From Eledone cirrhosa (lineage: Eukaryota): 64,000 nt of DNA. The notes under the pieces were generated by a model, which saw nothing but the letters and a program-made list of their open reading frames with translations, was not told the origin of the DNA and made no database searches. Position numbers and translations under genes: made by a program. The stretch spans positions 45,260,001 through 45,324,000 of the forward strand of contig OZ024751.1 of NCBI GenBank assembly GCA_964016885.1, given 5' to 3'. Shown piece after piece: positions 13,374 to 26,040 of this stretch; the stretch's first letter is position 1, and each line of letters starts with the position of its first letter.

Positions 13374-16300
13374 CATACACACACACAGTTTATATCTTGA
13401 AGCCATCGTATTGAACATGTTCTATCATTATAAATGTTGAACAGTATCAGGTATGCCATGAAACCTGATCTAGATATGGCATGCGTGGTGGATCTCTGCG
13501 ATAGAAGAGAGAGAAGAAGCAGCTTTGAAAGACTTCAATGTGGCATGTGTGGTGGATCTCTAAGATAGAAGAGAGAGAAAGAGAAGCTTTGAAAGACTTT
13601 AATATGGCATATGTGGTGGATCTCTAGGATAGGAGAGAGAAGCTTTGAAAGATTTTATAAAGACAGGAATAAAAATTTAACATTGCTGCTTTTTTTTTTT
13701 TTTTTTGCTGTTTTATGATTGATTATATCTCAGATTTTCACTCCAAGTTGTTTATTAATAATAATACTTTTTTTTTAACCCTACAATATAATCTTTTACT
13801 ACTTGATACCACTAGAAATCCCAGACAACCATCAAACATCACACTAAAAGTTGAAAAGCAGGTTTATTATTATTATTATTTTATTCCACCGATGAAAAGT
13901 ATAGGTTTCTTTTTGTTATTGGTTGTTTATTTTTGGCAAATATATTTTCTATATTGTTTTTTTTTCCTCCCTTTTTTCTTTCTCATCTTTACTGTAGTGA
14001 TGGTGATTAGGTATTATTTCAACAGCATTTTCATATGATGTGTGTCGTTTGACAGCATTGCTGGGGTTTCATTTATAAAAATCTGTGAAAGGCTTTTTTT
14101 TTTCTTCTTTTTTTCATTTACATGCCAAGCCATGAGTGTGTTGATGGGTTTATTATTATCATGTGGTTAAATGAAGTTTTTATTTATTTATTTATTTTTT
14201 AATAAAATATTGCTGCTGTTTTCATTACTGATTTATGGAATATAACAGTTGTGTGAAATATATTGAGGCGAACGTTACATTTTAAATCTTGTAGACTTCT
14301 TTTCTCTCCCTAATTCAGTGTAAGGGGTGGATATACTGATTTATGGAATAAAACTGTTGTGTGAAGTTATATTAAGGCGTACGTTACATTTTAAATCTTG
14401 TAGATTTTTTTCTCCTTCCTGGTGTAATAATTCAGCGTAAAGGGGTGGACAGGTTCTTTTCAGTGTTTGGAAGTTTTCCAGTATTTTTTTAAAGCTTCAA
14501 TTGGATATTTTATGTGTGAAACGGTAGCTTTATTCCCCCTAACATTTCCTTATTAACTGTTAGGTATTTCCTGTCATAATAGTGTAGCTAACCCTTTCGT
14601 CTGGTTCGGTATAGAGAAACCAACATTGAGGATAAACTGTGGTATATTTGTATTTGTGGTTTTTGAGGCGATATGTTTCGGAAAGGGAACTCAAATACAA
14701 TCTGGTTCTTGTTCACCCAATTCTGTTCTATCTCCGAGAAAGACGAACTCCAAAATATTTCCCTTCCCTTAATATCTTATGTACAATTTTACTGTCTTTG
14801 TGCTTCAGTAAGAAATTACATAGTTGTTAGGTCGGATAGAATGCCTTGCGGTATTTGTTTTGACTCTCTGCTCTTTGAGTTCAAATCCCGTCGAGGCCAA
14901 CTTTGCCTTTCACCCATTTGAGGTCGATAAAAAAAGTACCAGTCTAGTACTGGAGTCGATTCTTCTTCTATATCTCTTTGTCACTTTTATTCTCCCACTC
15001 TCTATCCTTCTCTGGAAGAAATCTGCTGGAGAGGAGATGGGCTCCATCAGGGCATTTTTTTTAAAGCCATAGAAACGCCTGTCAATACGGTGCCCCAACG
15101 ACTCCCTCAGGAGTTAAAAGAACAAAAAAGAAATAGTGGTTGGTACTGACTTTCTTGGTGAAAGCTCTTAAATAAAATGCTCGAATCCAAAGACTGCTTC
15201 CTCTCAGCGAGCCGAGACAGACGACAGCACGAGTTCTTACGAAAAACAAACATCACCAATTCCCTATTCCCATCCTCTATAAATCATACCACTCTTTCTG
15301 TTTATTTATTTAAGAACATTATCTCTGCTTTGTGATAACTACATTACCCCCTGTGTCTCGTGTTTTTTACATTTCAAAATCTCACTGAAATTCGACTTTC
15401 TTCACTGAATAATAATAATAATAATAATTGTTTCTAATTTTGGCACAAGGCCAGCATTTATCCACTACATTATTGGTACTTTATTTTATCGACCCCGTAA
15501 GGATGAAAGGCAAAGTTAACCTTAGAGGGATTTGAACTTAGATCATAAAGGGACGTAACTATGCTGGAAAGCATGTCCGACCCTCTACCGATACTGCTAA
15601 TTCACTTCCCTTATAATAATAATGGTTTCTTATATAGGCACAAGGCCAGCAATTTTGGGGGGGAGGGAAAAGTCGATGAAATTGACCCCAGTGCGTGACT
15701 GGTACTTTATTTTATCGACCCCGTAAGGATGAAAGGCAAAGTTAACCTCGGCGGGATTTGAACTCGGACTGTAAAGGGACGTAACTCTATGCGTCAAAGC
15801 ATGGCGTCCGACCCCCTACCGATACTGCCAATCCAATTGTTTCTACATTTGGCACAATGCCAGCAATTATCCCAGTGTATTATTGGTGCTTATTTTATCG
15901 ACCCCGTAAGCATGAAGGTTTTTAATTTAAGCACAAGAACAGCAATTTTGGTGGTAGAGATTATAGATTATGTCGACACCAGTACATAACTGGTACTTTA
16001 TTATCGACCGTGAAATAATGGGAGATGAAGTTGACCATGACGGGATTTGAACTCAGATCCAGGATACAATATTTCAATGCATTTCTCCTGACTATTTTAA
16101 GAACTCTGCCAATTCTCGCTCCTTTCACTTGATAATAATAGCAGTAATATATTGAGGTTCAACAGATCTGCTGTGCTTCAGTAAGAAATTGCTGATGTGG
16201 TTGGTACTTTCTTGGTGAAAGAAACCAAGCTAAACAGTAGACAGTTGTACTAGATACGGTATGCCATGGCGATCTGTAATTGATATAGTATTTAAAAACA

Positions 16301-19300
16301 AATACGTAATGGTTAATATATTTTAGAAAACCAAGAGATAATTTGTTTAAAAAATAACTAGGAACGGAGTAATATATATATTTAATCTTTTACTTTAGAC
16401 TGCGCCCATGCTAGGGCACCGCCTTCAATTGATTTTAGTCGATAATATAGATTCCAGTGAATATTTTTCAAGTCTAAAAGTTACTTTTGTCATCTAACGA
16501 TTTGTTAATTTTGATTTTTGTTGTTTTTTCAGTGTGTAAAACAGAAAAAAGTCCGTGGATTTGTTTATATTGTGGAGTAGTGAATTGTGGCAGGTAAATA
16601 TATATTCTTTCCCCCACGTCTTTTTAATTCAGTATTTTTATTGGACAAACATTTTAAATTGAATGAAACTATATTAAGAGGAAATGTCAATTAAAAATCA
16701 ATAGTTGTCTTTATAACCGATTATATTATGGTTGAAAGATCACTATCGTTGATGTCGTCTTTCATATCTTCATCGCCAGGTTTTCAATATTCTGGATGCA
16801 TAAGCATTGTGTCTTTAGGGTCCACAATATTTACGTATGACTGCTGATTTAGGCACAAGGCCAACTATTCTTTGGAAGGGGCAAGACGTTTAAATCTACC
16901 TCATTACGTTACTGGTACTTTATTTTATCGACTCCATAAGGATAAAAGGCAAAATTTGAATTCAGAAAGTAAAGGGACCTAACTCTATGCCGCAAAGCAT
17001 GTTGTCCGGCGCTCTACCGATCACTGCCAATCAACCACACGTCTAACAAGCTACCAGGGCGGAGTTAGTCATCCGCAGGAGTGAGTTTGGAATGGCTATT
17101 TCAACTCGTCCCCCCTCACTATCTTCCGGAGCAACATTTTCTTTAGTCCGTTGGGACCACGGGGCATATTGTACCTAGAATTCTTATGGACATCGGACTG
17201 CGTTCTCCCATATTGATCAGACATATATCATTGTAGTAGCGACGGTATGTATAGGTTGCTGATATTTATGCTTAAACACATGCACACCAGAACTATGGCT
17301 ATTGAAAACATATGTATGTAGTTTATATGCAATCAAAAGCATAACATGACAAATACAAAGAAAACACGAGAAAGAATTCTCAAACATCGCTACGTCAATG
17401 ATACGTGTCCGGGTGGTATGAGAGAACGCTCTCTGGCGTGTAGAACCGAAGGTAAAAACCACTTTGTGGTTCCTGAGGACAGTATCGACGAAATGTTACC
17501 CCGCAGGATAGGAAGGGTGATGTGTTGAAATGAACATTTCAACTTGCGGGTGCCCAACTCTACCTTGATTGCAGTAAGTAACGAGGTGCTACGGGGACCA
17601 TGAACGCTAGAAGTTGGCACCGCCAACAGAACTATGTATGCTAGAAACTTTGAACTAATTCTTGAAAACAACAACAAAACTGCCATTATATATATATATA
17701 TAAATAGTGATGAGATTTGTGTACTCGCAGGATCTTCAAAACTCAACTTCGGTATTGAGTACTCATTCTCGCGTCCGTCAATATGGCTATATATATACAC
17801 ACACACAAAATTTAATAAGTAGAGAAATCTACTTTATTATGAAATAACAAAACGATCCATATATATATATATATAAAAACAAACAAATCAAACTATATGA
17901 ATATAAACAAGACATTTGAAGAAAATTGAAAATTAATAGCAACTACAAAAGAAACTTTATCTCCATTAAAACTGAAGATTTCGTTAAAGGGAAATAAATA
18001 TGTATATAATGCATACTAATGCGAGATTTTTTTAATACGAAAATATCACCATAAACTATATTTTAAGACCTCCCGGACTTTGTTTTCTTAATAATGTGTA
18101 TTTTTAAATAAAATTTTGCAAAGCTACGATTTCGATGATGTAGATAACGATTGTTGGGTGGTGTGTTAAGTGTTATCCTGACGGTATTGTTTGGTTGGTA
18201 GGTATGACGAGTTTAGCCTCCAATAAATACGGACGGAAAGTTATGAAAACAAAATGCCTCTGCAGAATAGCTGCCACTCACCAAATCCATTCTCACCAAC
18301 GATAAATTAATATATATAAGACTAATAATATAATTGTTTCTACTTTAGGCACAAGGCCAGCAATTACCCAGTGCATTACTGGTACTTTATTTTATCGACC
18401 CCGTAAGGATGAAAGGCAAAGTCAACTTCGGCGGGATTTGAACTCAGATCGTAAAGGGACGTAACTATGCTGGAAAGCATGGCGTCCGACCCTCTACCGA
18501 TACTGCCAATCCAATATAATGTAATAATTTCTAATTTAGGCAAACGTTGGGGAGAGAAAAGTCGGTTATATCGACTCCAGATTTTTATTGATATCCCGGA
18601 AAGATGAAAGGCGGTGTGGTTTGAACACCGAACGTTAAGGGACGTAACTAAATGCAGTAAAGCATGTCCGACGAATTAATTTATTCCATCTTTGGGGTGA
18701 GGTAGGGGGTTGCGTGCAGGCTGTTCCGTTGATCGAAACACTTGTCGTTGGACACAACCAAATATCGATAAGGAAAACAAACAATTCTTTTTATGTAACG
18801 TTACATATTCAATGATATCCTCAAGCTAAATGAAGTGAACAGTCCCTGTTGAAAAAGACGCTGCTACCACAATCTCCACCCCTCCCCATTTCACTGTTAC
18901 CACCTCTATACTGCCCCACGATCATCATCATTGCCACCTCCCTCACTACTGCAAACAGCGCCATCACCGCCACCACTACCATCTCAAGTAGTGCTGCTAC
19001 CACCACTACCAACAACACCACCATCACCAGACAGACAAAACGCAACGTTATCTAAACTAAACATCTCTTTCTTCCTATCTTGACCATCAACAGTAACATA
19101 GCAACAATTTTCCTGAGGAAAATGGATGCAAGTCAGCAAGATTTGACTTTCTATTTTTATTAATTTTATTTACTAATTCTCTTCCTACCGTAACCACCAC
19201 CATTATCATCTCCATTGCCTCACTACAGTCGTCACCACCACCATCACCCTCACCATCTTCTTCATCACTGCCATCATGTTCATTGCTCCCCAACAACCAT

Positions 19301-22300
19301 CACTTCCTGCATCACAACCATCACCTTCACTCCTCCTACCACCATCACCATCTACACCCCTCCCACTACGACCATCACCACCTACTCTTACTCTCACCAT
19401 CACCCTCTTAAATGATAAAAGTGTGATTAACTCCACCATCAGCCATTACAATCCACCTTTGCCTGTTTTAGCAGGATGAGCTCCAACAACACCTAATAAA
19501 CTGCATCAATAATTAAATTATATTAATTTCAGATTAAATATTTCTGATAGAAATAGACACAAATATTTTACAGATATCACCTAACAAAGTATTTTTATCT
19601 CGCAGAGTGGTGGGGGTGGGGTATCTGATAAAAAATTGTCCACACTCACACCTATGCACATGCATGCACACATACAACGATAGACCTCCATGTGTTTCAG
19701 TGTTGGATGTCCCAAATGTATGATCAATGGAACATCCGCTCATGAAGTTAACATGCATGTGGCTGAGCATTTTCCACAGACACGTGTACCCTTAATGTAA
19801 TTCTCAGGAAGATTCAGCATAGACACAGAGGATAATATATGAAGGAAGGCTGGAGAGAAATGAAGCTAGCATGCTTCGATGGATGTGCAATGATAAAGGG
19901 ATGAACTGAGAGACAAACTCGGCACGAGGAATCAGATATTGTGTACAAGAGAAAGGACTGTTCTGGTATGGACATATGATACATATGGATAATGATTGCT
20001 GGCTGAAGAAGTGCTAAGAAATCCCAGTAGAGGGAGACCAAGGAAGACTTGGGCAGAAGCTCACAGAAATGATGGACTGTGATGAGAAGAGAGATGCAAC
20101 TCATGAAAGCTTTGAAAAGCAGGCATGATAATATATGACATGGCTGGACCTTTGAATTTCAAGCATGATCCCTTAGATGGGGTTCCACACTGTTTCCATC
20201 TAATTTCACTCATAAGGCTTTGGTCAACGTGAGTTTTGTGAAGCTAATGTTCAATTTCAACCTTTATAGATCAACATCTGAGAAAACATGAGCAGTGTGT
20301 AGCTAATAAGGGAACCTCTACATAATCATTCAATCTACCAGAAATAGCAGTTAAATCTAACTCAAATCACATCCTTTTTTAAAAAGGGTGCATACATTGG
20401 TTCTATGAAATATAACCACCTATTATAAAGGGTTTTTACTTAAATTAAGATCTAACACAATTTTTGTTATTTTAATAATAAAATAATTACTGTATATACT
20501 TGAATATAAGCCGACTCCACTATTTTATGTCTGAGAAATGGGCAAAAATCCAAACTTTATGTAGAATTTGAAGTTGATGAAAATCATCAAAATATAAGCC
20601 AACACCTCTTTTAGTCACATATTTCTCAGCTTATATTTGTGTATTTATGGTAATAATCTTATTAAATCCCTCCAAATTATTTATTAATTAACTGTAATAT
20701 TATATGTTTCTCTAGAAATATGGTAATAAATGGGTTAATGTGCTCCTAAATACTCTGTATTTGAAAATGAAAACAAAAACAAAGAAGGATGGCATGGTTG
20801 GATTGTCAGTAACTTAAGTTCCAGATCAGTTACAGTAGAACTGCATCAGTGACTAGGTCACAAATAGTGTGACAAAAACTTTTAGTGCCAAGAAATGATA
20901 AATGTAAAGTAAATCTAATGGTATTTGTGAGTGTGTAAATAGTTAAGATGACTCTACAATGATGTAATAGCTTTAGTTTCAACTTACAGTCTCAGATCAA
21001 GCAACTTGCCAAACAACTACAACTCTGAAATCAATTAATAAATAATTATAGAAAATGATATTATAAAACATCTATATTTAGATGTTTTATTTGTATTTTT
21101 GTTTTATTTTTTTTCCTAAAGGTCATACTTATTTCATATACTTCAACTTCTTTATTATTTTACAATCCCCTTTCTTCTTCCTTAATTTTTAATCTAATTT
21201 TCAAACATTATTTATGAAATTAAGCCCCAACAAAATCAATATTTTGTTAATGAGACACAAGTTTATTGACATAATAATGTGAACATAATAATTATCACTG
21301 TCTGGCTATATGGTGTAAGATATGAACTACTTTACTGTATATACATACATATCACTTGAAAAGCTAAGGAGTCAATGTATACATGAGTGCTAGACCTGCT
21401 AGAAATAGCAACCAATTCTTTGGATGTGCAGTGTTTGAAGTAAAGATTGTGTGGTTGTAATCATGAGCCTGTTTTCAATCCAGTTTGTCTGGAGGTTAAA
21501 CAACCTCAGACATTGAAACGAGGTAAATTTTGCGTTTCATCCTTATGAAGTGCAAATCCAAGGTGGTGGATTTGCAGAATTGCTAGGGCTTCAAAGGAGA
21601 TACCATGCTGGGAAACTGGTCATGTCAAGGCTCCTTCTGACGATATAGTTTAAGGCAATGTCGAAAGAACCGACCATACCACCACAACAGTACTTGTGTG
21701 ATTCAGGCAGAGGTGCTAGGTGCACTCACGATTAAGAAGGGTACAGGTAGATGAGGAGAGCACTGGATTGTGTTCTTACACACACATACATACTTAATTG
21801 GCAGTAGCAGTAGTATATGCTTACATACATACATCCTTTTTAGTTCCCATTATCATTGTTTAACATCCGTTTACCCTGCTAGCAAGGGTTGGATGAGTGT
21901 ATGTAGACCAAGCCAGTACTAAAGTGGGGCTACTGACCTCTCAGACAGGCTGGGAGGCAGGATGCATTTTACTTACGTATGATCTTACATTCTATTGAGT
22001 GCAGAGAAATTGTCATCTTTTTGACACAACTGAAGGGTCCTCCCAACTCTTTGTTTGACAAACTTTCTATGGGTGAAACCCTTCCTATTAGCAACCACTT
22101 TACAGCATGTACTGGATGTTTTTATCATGTAGATCATTAACACTAGGGAGGTTGTCATGTCCCTGACACAACTGAAGGGCCCCATACGAGAGTTGATTCT
22201 CTTGAGTTTTAAATACACTTAACTCTCATAAGTGGGAAACAATAAAACTAACAATGAAAACATTGTCAAGAACCACCAAACACATATGAGTATTTCTCAT

Positions 22301-25300
22301 TGGTAATACCATTAATTGTATTTAAGTGTACCAGACTAAAATCAATGGTTTGATAACCAACATATCTAAATCAGCATCCCACTGTTCTGAGTTCAAATTC
22401 TTTTAAAATTGACCCTTTAGCATTTACTGGTGCTACGCAGTAATACAGAAGACCCACCTTGCCTATGTACAAAGCGAAACCTACAGTCAGTAGGCACCTC
22501 TTAACCAAATATACACCACAATCCACTACCCCTCCCACTCCCACCAACACAGCCCTCTCTCTGTAAAGTTGGTACCACAACATCCAGTCCAAATAAATGA
22601 GATAATGAGATCGAGATTGTGTAGGTGTCACAACAAAAAACACAGTCAACACTGTAATGTGGTCGTGTAGGTAACACGGTAAAAAGTTCCCAGTTCCACA
22701 TTGTAAATGTGGTTGGTGTTAGGAAGGGCATCCAGCCGTAGAAAACCTGCCAGATAGTCCTATATGAGCGAGACACGGTCACCTGACCAACCTTGACTCA
22801 AATTGGGACAACTCTCGTCTAACCCATGCTAGCGTGGAAAATGGACGTTAAACGAAGATGATGATGATGATTACTCTATATTTACTATTGTATTTTTGTG
22901 GTAAAGTCTTTATCTTACATAATTGTTTCTACTTTTGGCACAAGGCCAACAATTATCCAGTACATTACTGGTACTTTATTTTATCGACCCCCACTAGGAT
23001 GAAAGGCAAAGTTAACCTCGGCGGGATTTGAACTCAGAATTGCAAGGGCCGTAACTCTATGCGTCAAAGCATGGCGTCCGACCCTCTACCGATACTGCCA
23101 ATCCATCTCACATAATATTGAATCTATGAGATTTTGATATTATTTATATTGAGAACAATGTCTTAACATCACTACAAGTGGCAAGTTACGGCTGGTTTGA
23201 ACAGAAAGAGGTGAGAGAATTCTGGCTGGATATGGCCGATTTAAATGCTAAAGGGTTAATAGAACAAATATCAGTAATTTGCTGGTGTTAAAACTCAGCT
23301 ACATTCCAACCTTAGAAACTTTATACATTACATTCAAACAAAAAAGAAAATGTTATTGAACAATGTAAAATAACCAATCCTGGTGATAATTGAAATATAA
23401 AACATTCCTCTCAAGTTAATTATAAAATGTAATAAATATAATTAGAATATAATTAAGAAAGAAAATCATGAAAATAAAACAAATCTGAAAACACACACAC
23501 ATGTGTGTGTATATATGTATATATATATATATATATATAGCTTAAACTAAAATATGTTCTTTGGAACTTGTTAGTTTTCAAATTCAATAATTGCTATTTC
23601 TTTATTGATTTAAATGTAATTGAAATAAAATTCATTATTCTCATAAAATGTCTAGCAGTAGTTTTGCTGCAGGCCTGCCTTTAGGAGACTTATGATCAAA
23701 GGCTTTTCAGCTATGACCATCATGTTTTCTTTTCTTAGGCAGTGTATACCCATGATCACATTACCAAGTCTGTCCTTTGTTTTTTAGGCATTGTACACCT
23801 ACAATCACATTATCTAGTGCAGCGTTTCTCAACCTTTTTACCATTGTGGAACCCTTGAAATAGGTTCATGTCTCAGGGAACCCCTACATAAAAATTATTA
23901 TATACCATTATTAATATCTATCTCTTATATTGACCTAGTTTTAAATAATTGTTTCTACTTTAGGCACAAGGCCAACAATTACCTAGTGCATTACTGGTAC
24001 TTTATTTTATCGACCCCCGTAAGGCCTAGTTTTAAATAATATAAGAGGTTGAAGCCTTTTACGACAATATGCCGTAAATGTATAGTAAAATTACGAATAT
24101 AAAATTAAACAAAAATTACTTTTTAAAATACATTAGTTTATTTATCACTGGTTCTCGCGGAACCCCTAGCGACCTTGCGGAATCCCAGGGTTCCGGGGAA
24201 CATCGGTTGAGAAACGCTGATCTAGTGTGTCCTTTTTTCTGAGGCAGTATACTCCCACATATTTGTCCTCTTCGAAGTATGCCCCTCCCACTATCTTGTA
24301 CCTCCTCCACACACCACACGTAGTCCAGTGATCCTTCTACTGTTTGAAGGATGTTTGGAATGCTTCTCCAGAATTGCTGTCTACATGATGTCCTATCGAC
24401 TCAAAGCTAAAGCTTTTCAGTGGCATCTTCATTTTTGGGAATGGGGATTTCTTAAGCAAGAAACCTTGAATTAATTATGACAAATGAACTGGTGCCTTGT
24501 CATGGTGCGGTTACCAGGTTTGCGAGGCCCACAGATCTAGTCTCTTGCACAAAACTGCATCATTTTTACATCCATTTTCTATGCTTCTAAAGTGCATGCT
24601 AGTTGTGTGTGTGTCTATATGTATATAGATAGATAGATAGATACATACATATGCAGACAAATATTTAAGTTTACTCTTTACTTTTAAATCTACCTGTCCC
24701 TGTTTCAGATTGTTATTCTGTATCCCCCCCCCCCCCTCTCTCCTCTACCTTTCCCTTGATCCCCCTCTCCTTTTCTCTTTTCTTTTGTCTGTCTTACCTG
24801 CAATTCTCTCAATCTCTCAGGCTAATCTAAATATATCTAACACATACTCTCACCCCTCCCTCTCTATCACCAACTTTCCTCTTCAGTAATCCTACCCACC
24901 CCTGTCTCCAGCACTTCATCAACCCTCTTCTCCACTATCTACCCTCTCTTGCTATCCACCCTGCGATCTACCCTGCCAGCAGTAAATACAGACCAAGATT
25001 GATAAACACCTGCCTGTATATCAGTCATTAGATCTGGTCACTCCTGCTTCCTTCTCTCTCACACCACACCTCATTTTCTTCTCCTTCCTTCACCCTCTCA
25101 CACCCTGATCCCCCTCCTCCTCTCTGAGCCTTTCTCACCATATTCCTCTTACTGTCTCTTCCTCCCCCTCCCTCTTATTGATACAGTAATGATTGATGAC
25201 CAACAGCCTGTCCAGGATGGGGAAGTGGAGGGGATAGGACCAATCTTTAGAAATAGAACAGTTTTTAACATTTTGGTCAACAAACTCACTTCCAAGAAGG

Positions 25301-26006
25301 AAGTAATTAAAAGTACATCAAAATGTTTTTTTTTTTGTATGTATGTGTGTTCCTATATATGTCAACAACGAAAAAAAAAAAGAAAAAAAAACTACATGAG
25401 AACAATACAATCCAATGATAGTGTCTATTCCTCCCCTCTCCCTTTTTTTCATTGATTCTTTTTCTTTTCATTTCCCTTTTTTTGTTCCTTTTAATAGTGT
25501 TTTGTTTTTGTATAAACAGCTTTGTAAAATAAAATAACTTAAAACAAAACTCCAATGATAGTATATTAGTTTAATGCTTGATAGAGTTGGAAGAGAGTCT
25601 TAATGTTTTTGGCTAGTATCGCATGAGAATATGGAAAGAGAGGATGTTTGAGAGATAGTGAAGGAAAGAAAAGGTATGTGTTAGTCAGTCATCTGTATGT
25701 ATGTGTGTGTGTATATCATCATCATCATCATCATTTAAAGCAAGGTGTTGATAAGTTACCATAGACCAAATCAGTACTTTAGCCCTCTCTGACAATCCTA
25801 TTTATATATATATATATAACAAAGGAATTGTGGTAAGGAACCAGATGGACCATAACGCACCAGAGTACTCAATACTTAGGGTAGTAGAGTGGGAAATAGG
25901 AAAAAGTATGACCCCGACGGCAGAGCTCAAGCCGTTTCGATGGCTATTTCTGTCCAGAAATAGCCGTCGAAACGGCTTGAGCTCTGCCGTCGGGGTCATA
26001 CTTTTT

Positions 26007-26040
<34 letters not shown>

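Noticed and set aside
17100-17650. CpG-richer unique segment with 60-138 aa ORFs (similarly 12400-12800)
   Set aside because: No recognisable domain, termini or second copy; probably decayed TE but unsupported
18821-19479. His/Pro/Thr-rich ORFs (also 29532-29720, 32664-33492)
   Set aside because: Low-complexity (CAC/CAT)n and poly-C tracts inside introns without splice support
24250-24560. Possible LINE endonuclease remnant (minus-strand VQETR)
   Set aside because: A single short motif; surrounding frames not recognisable
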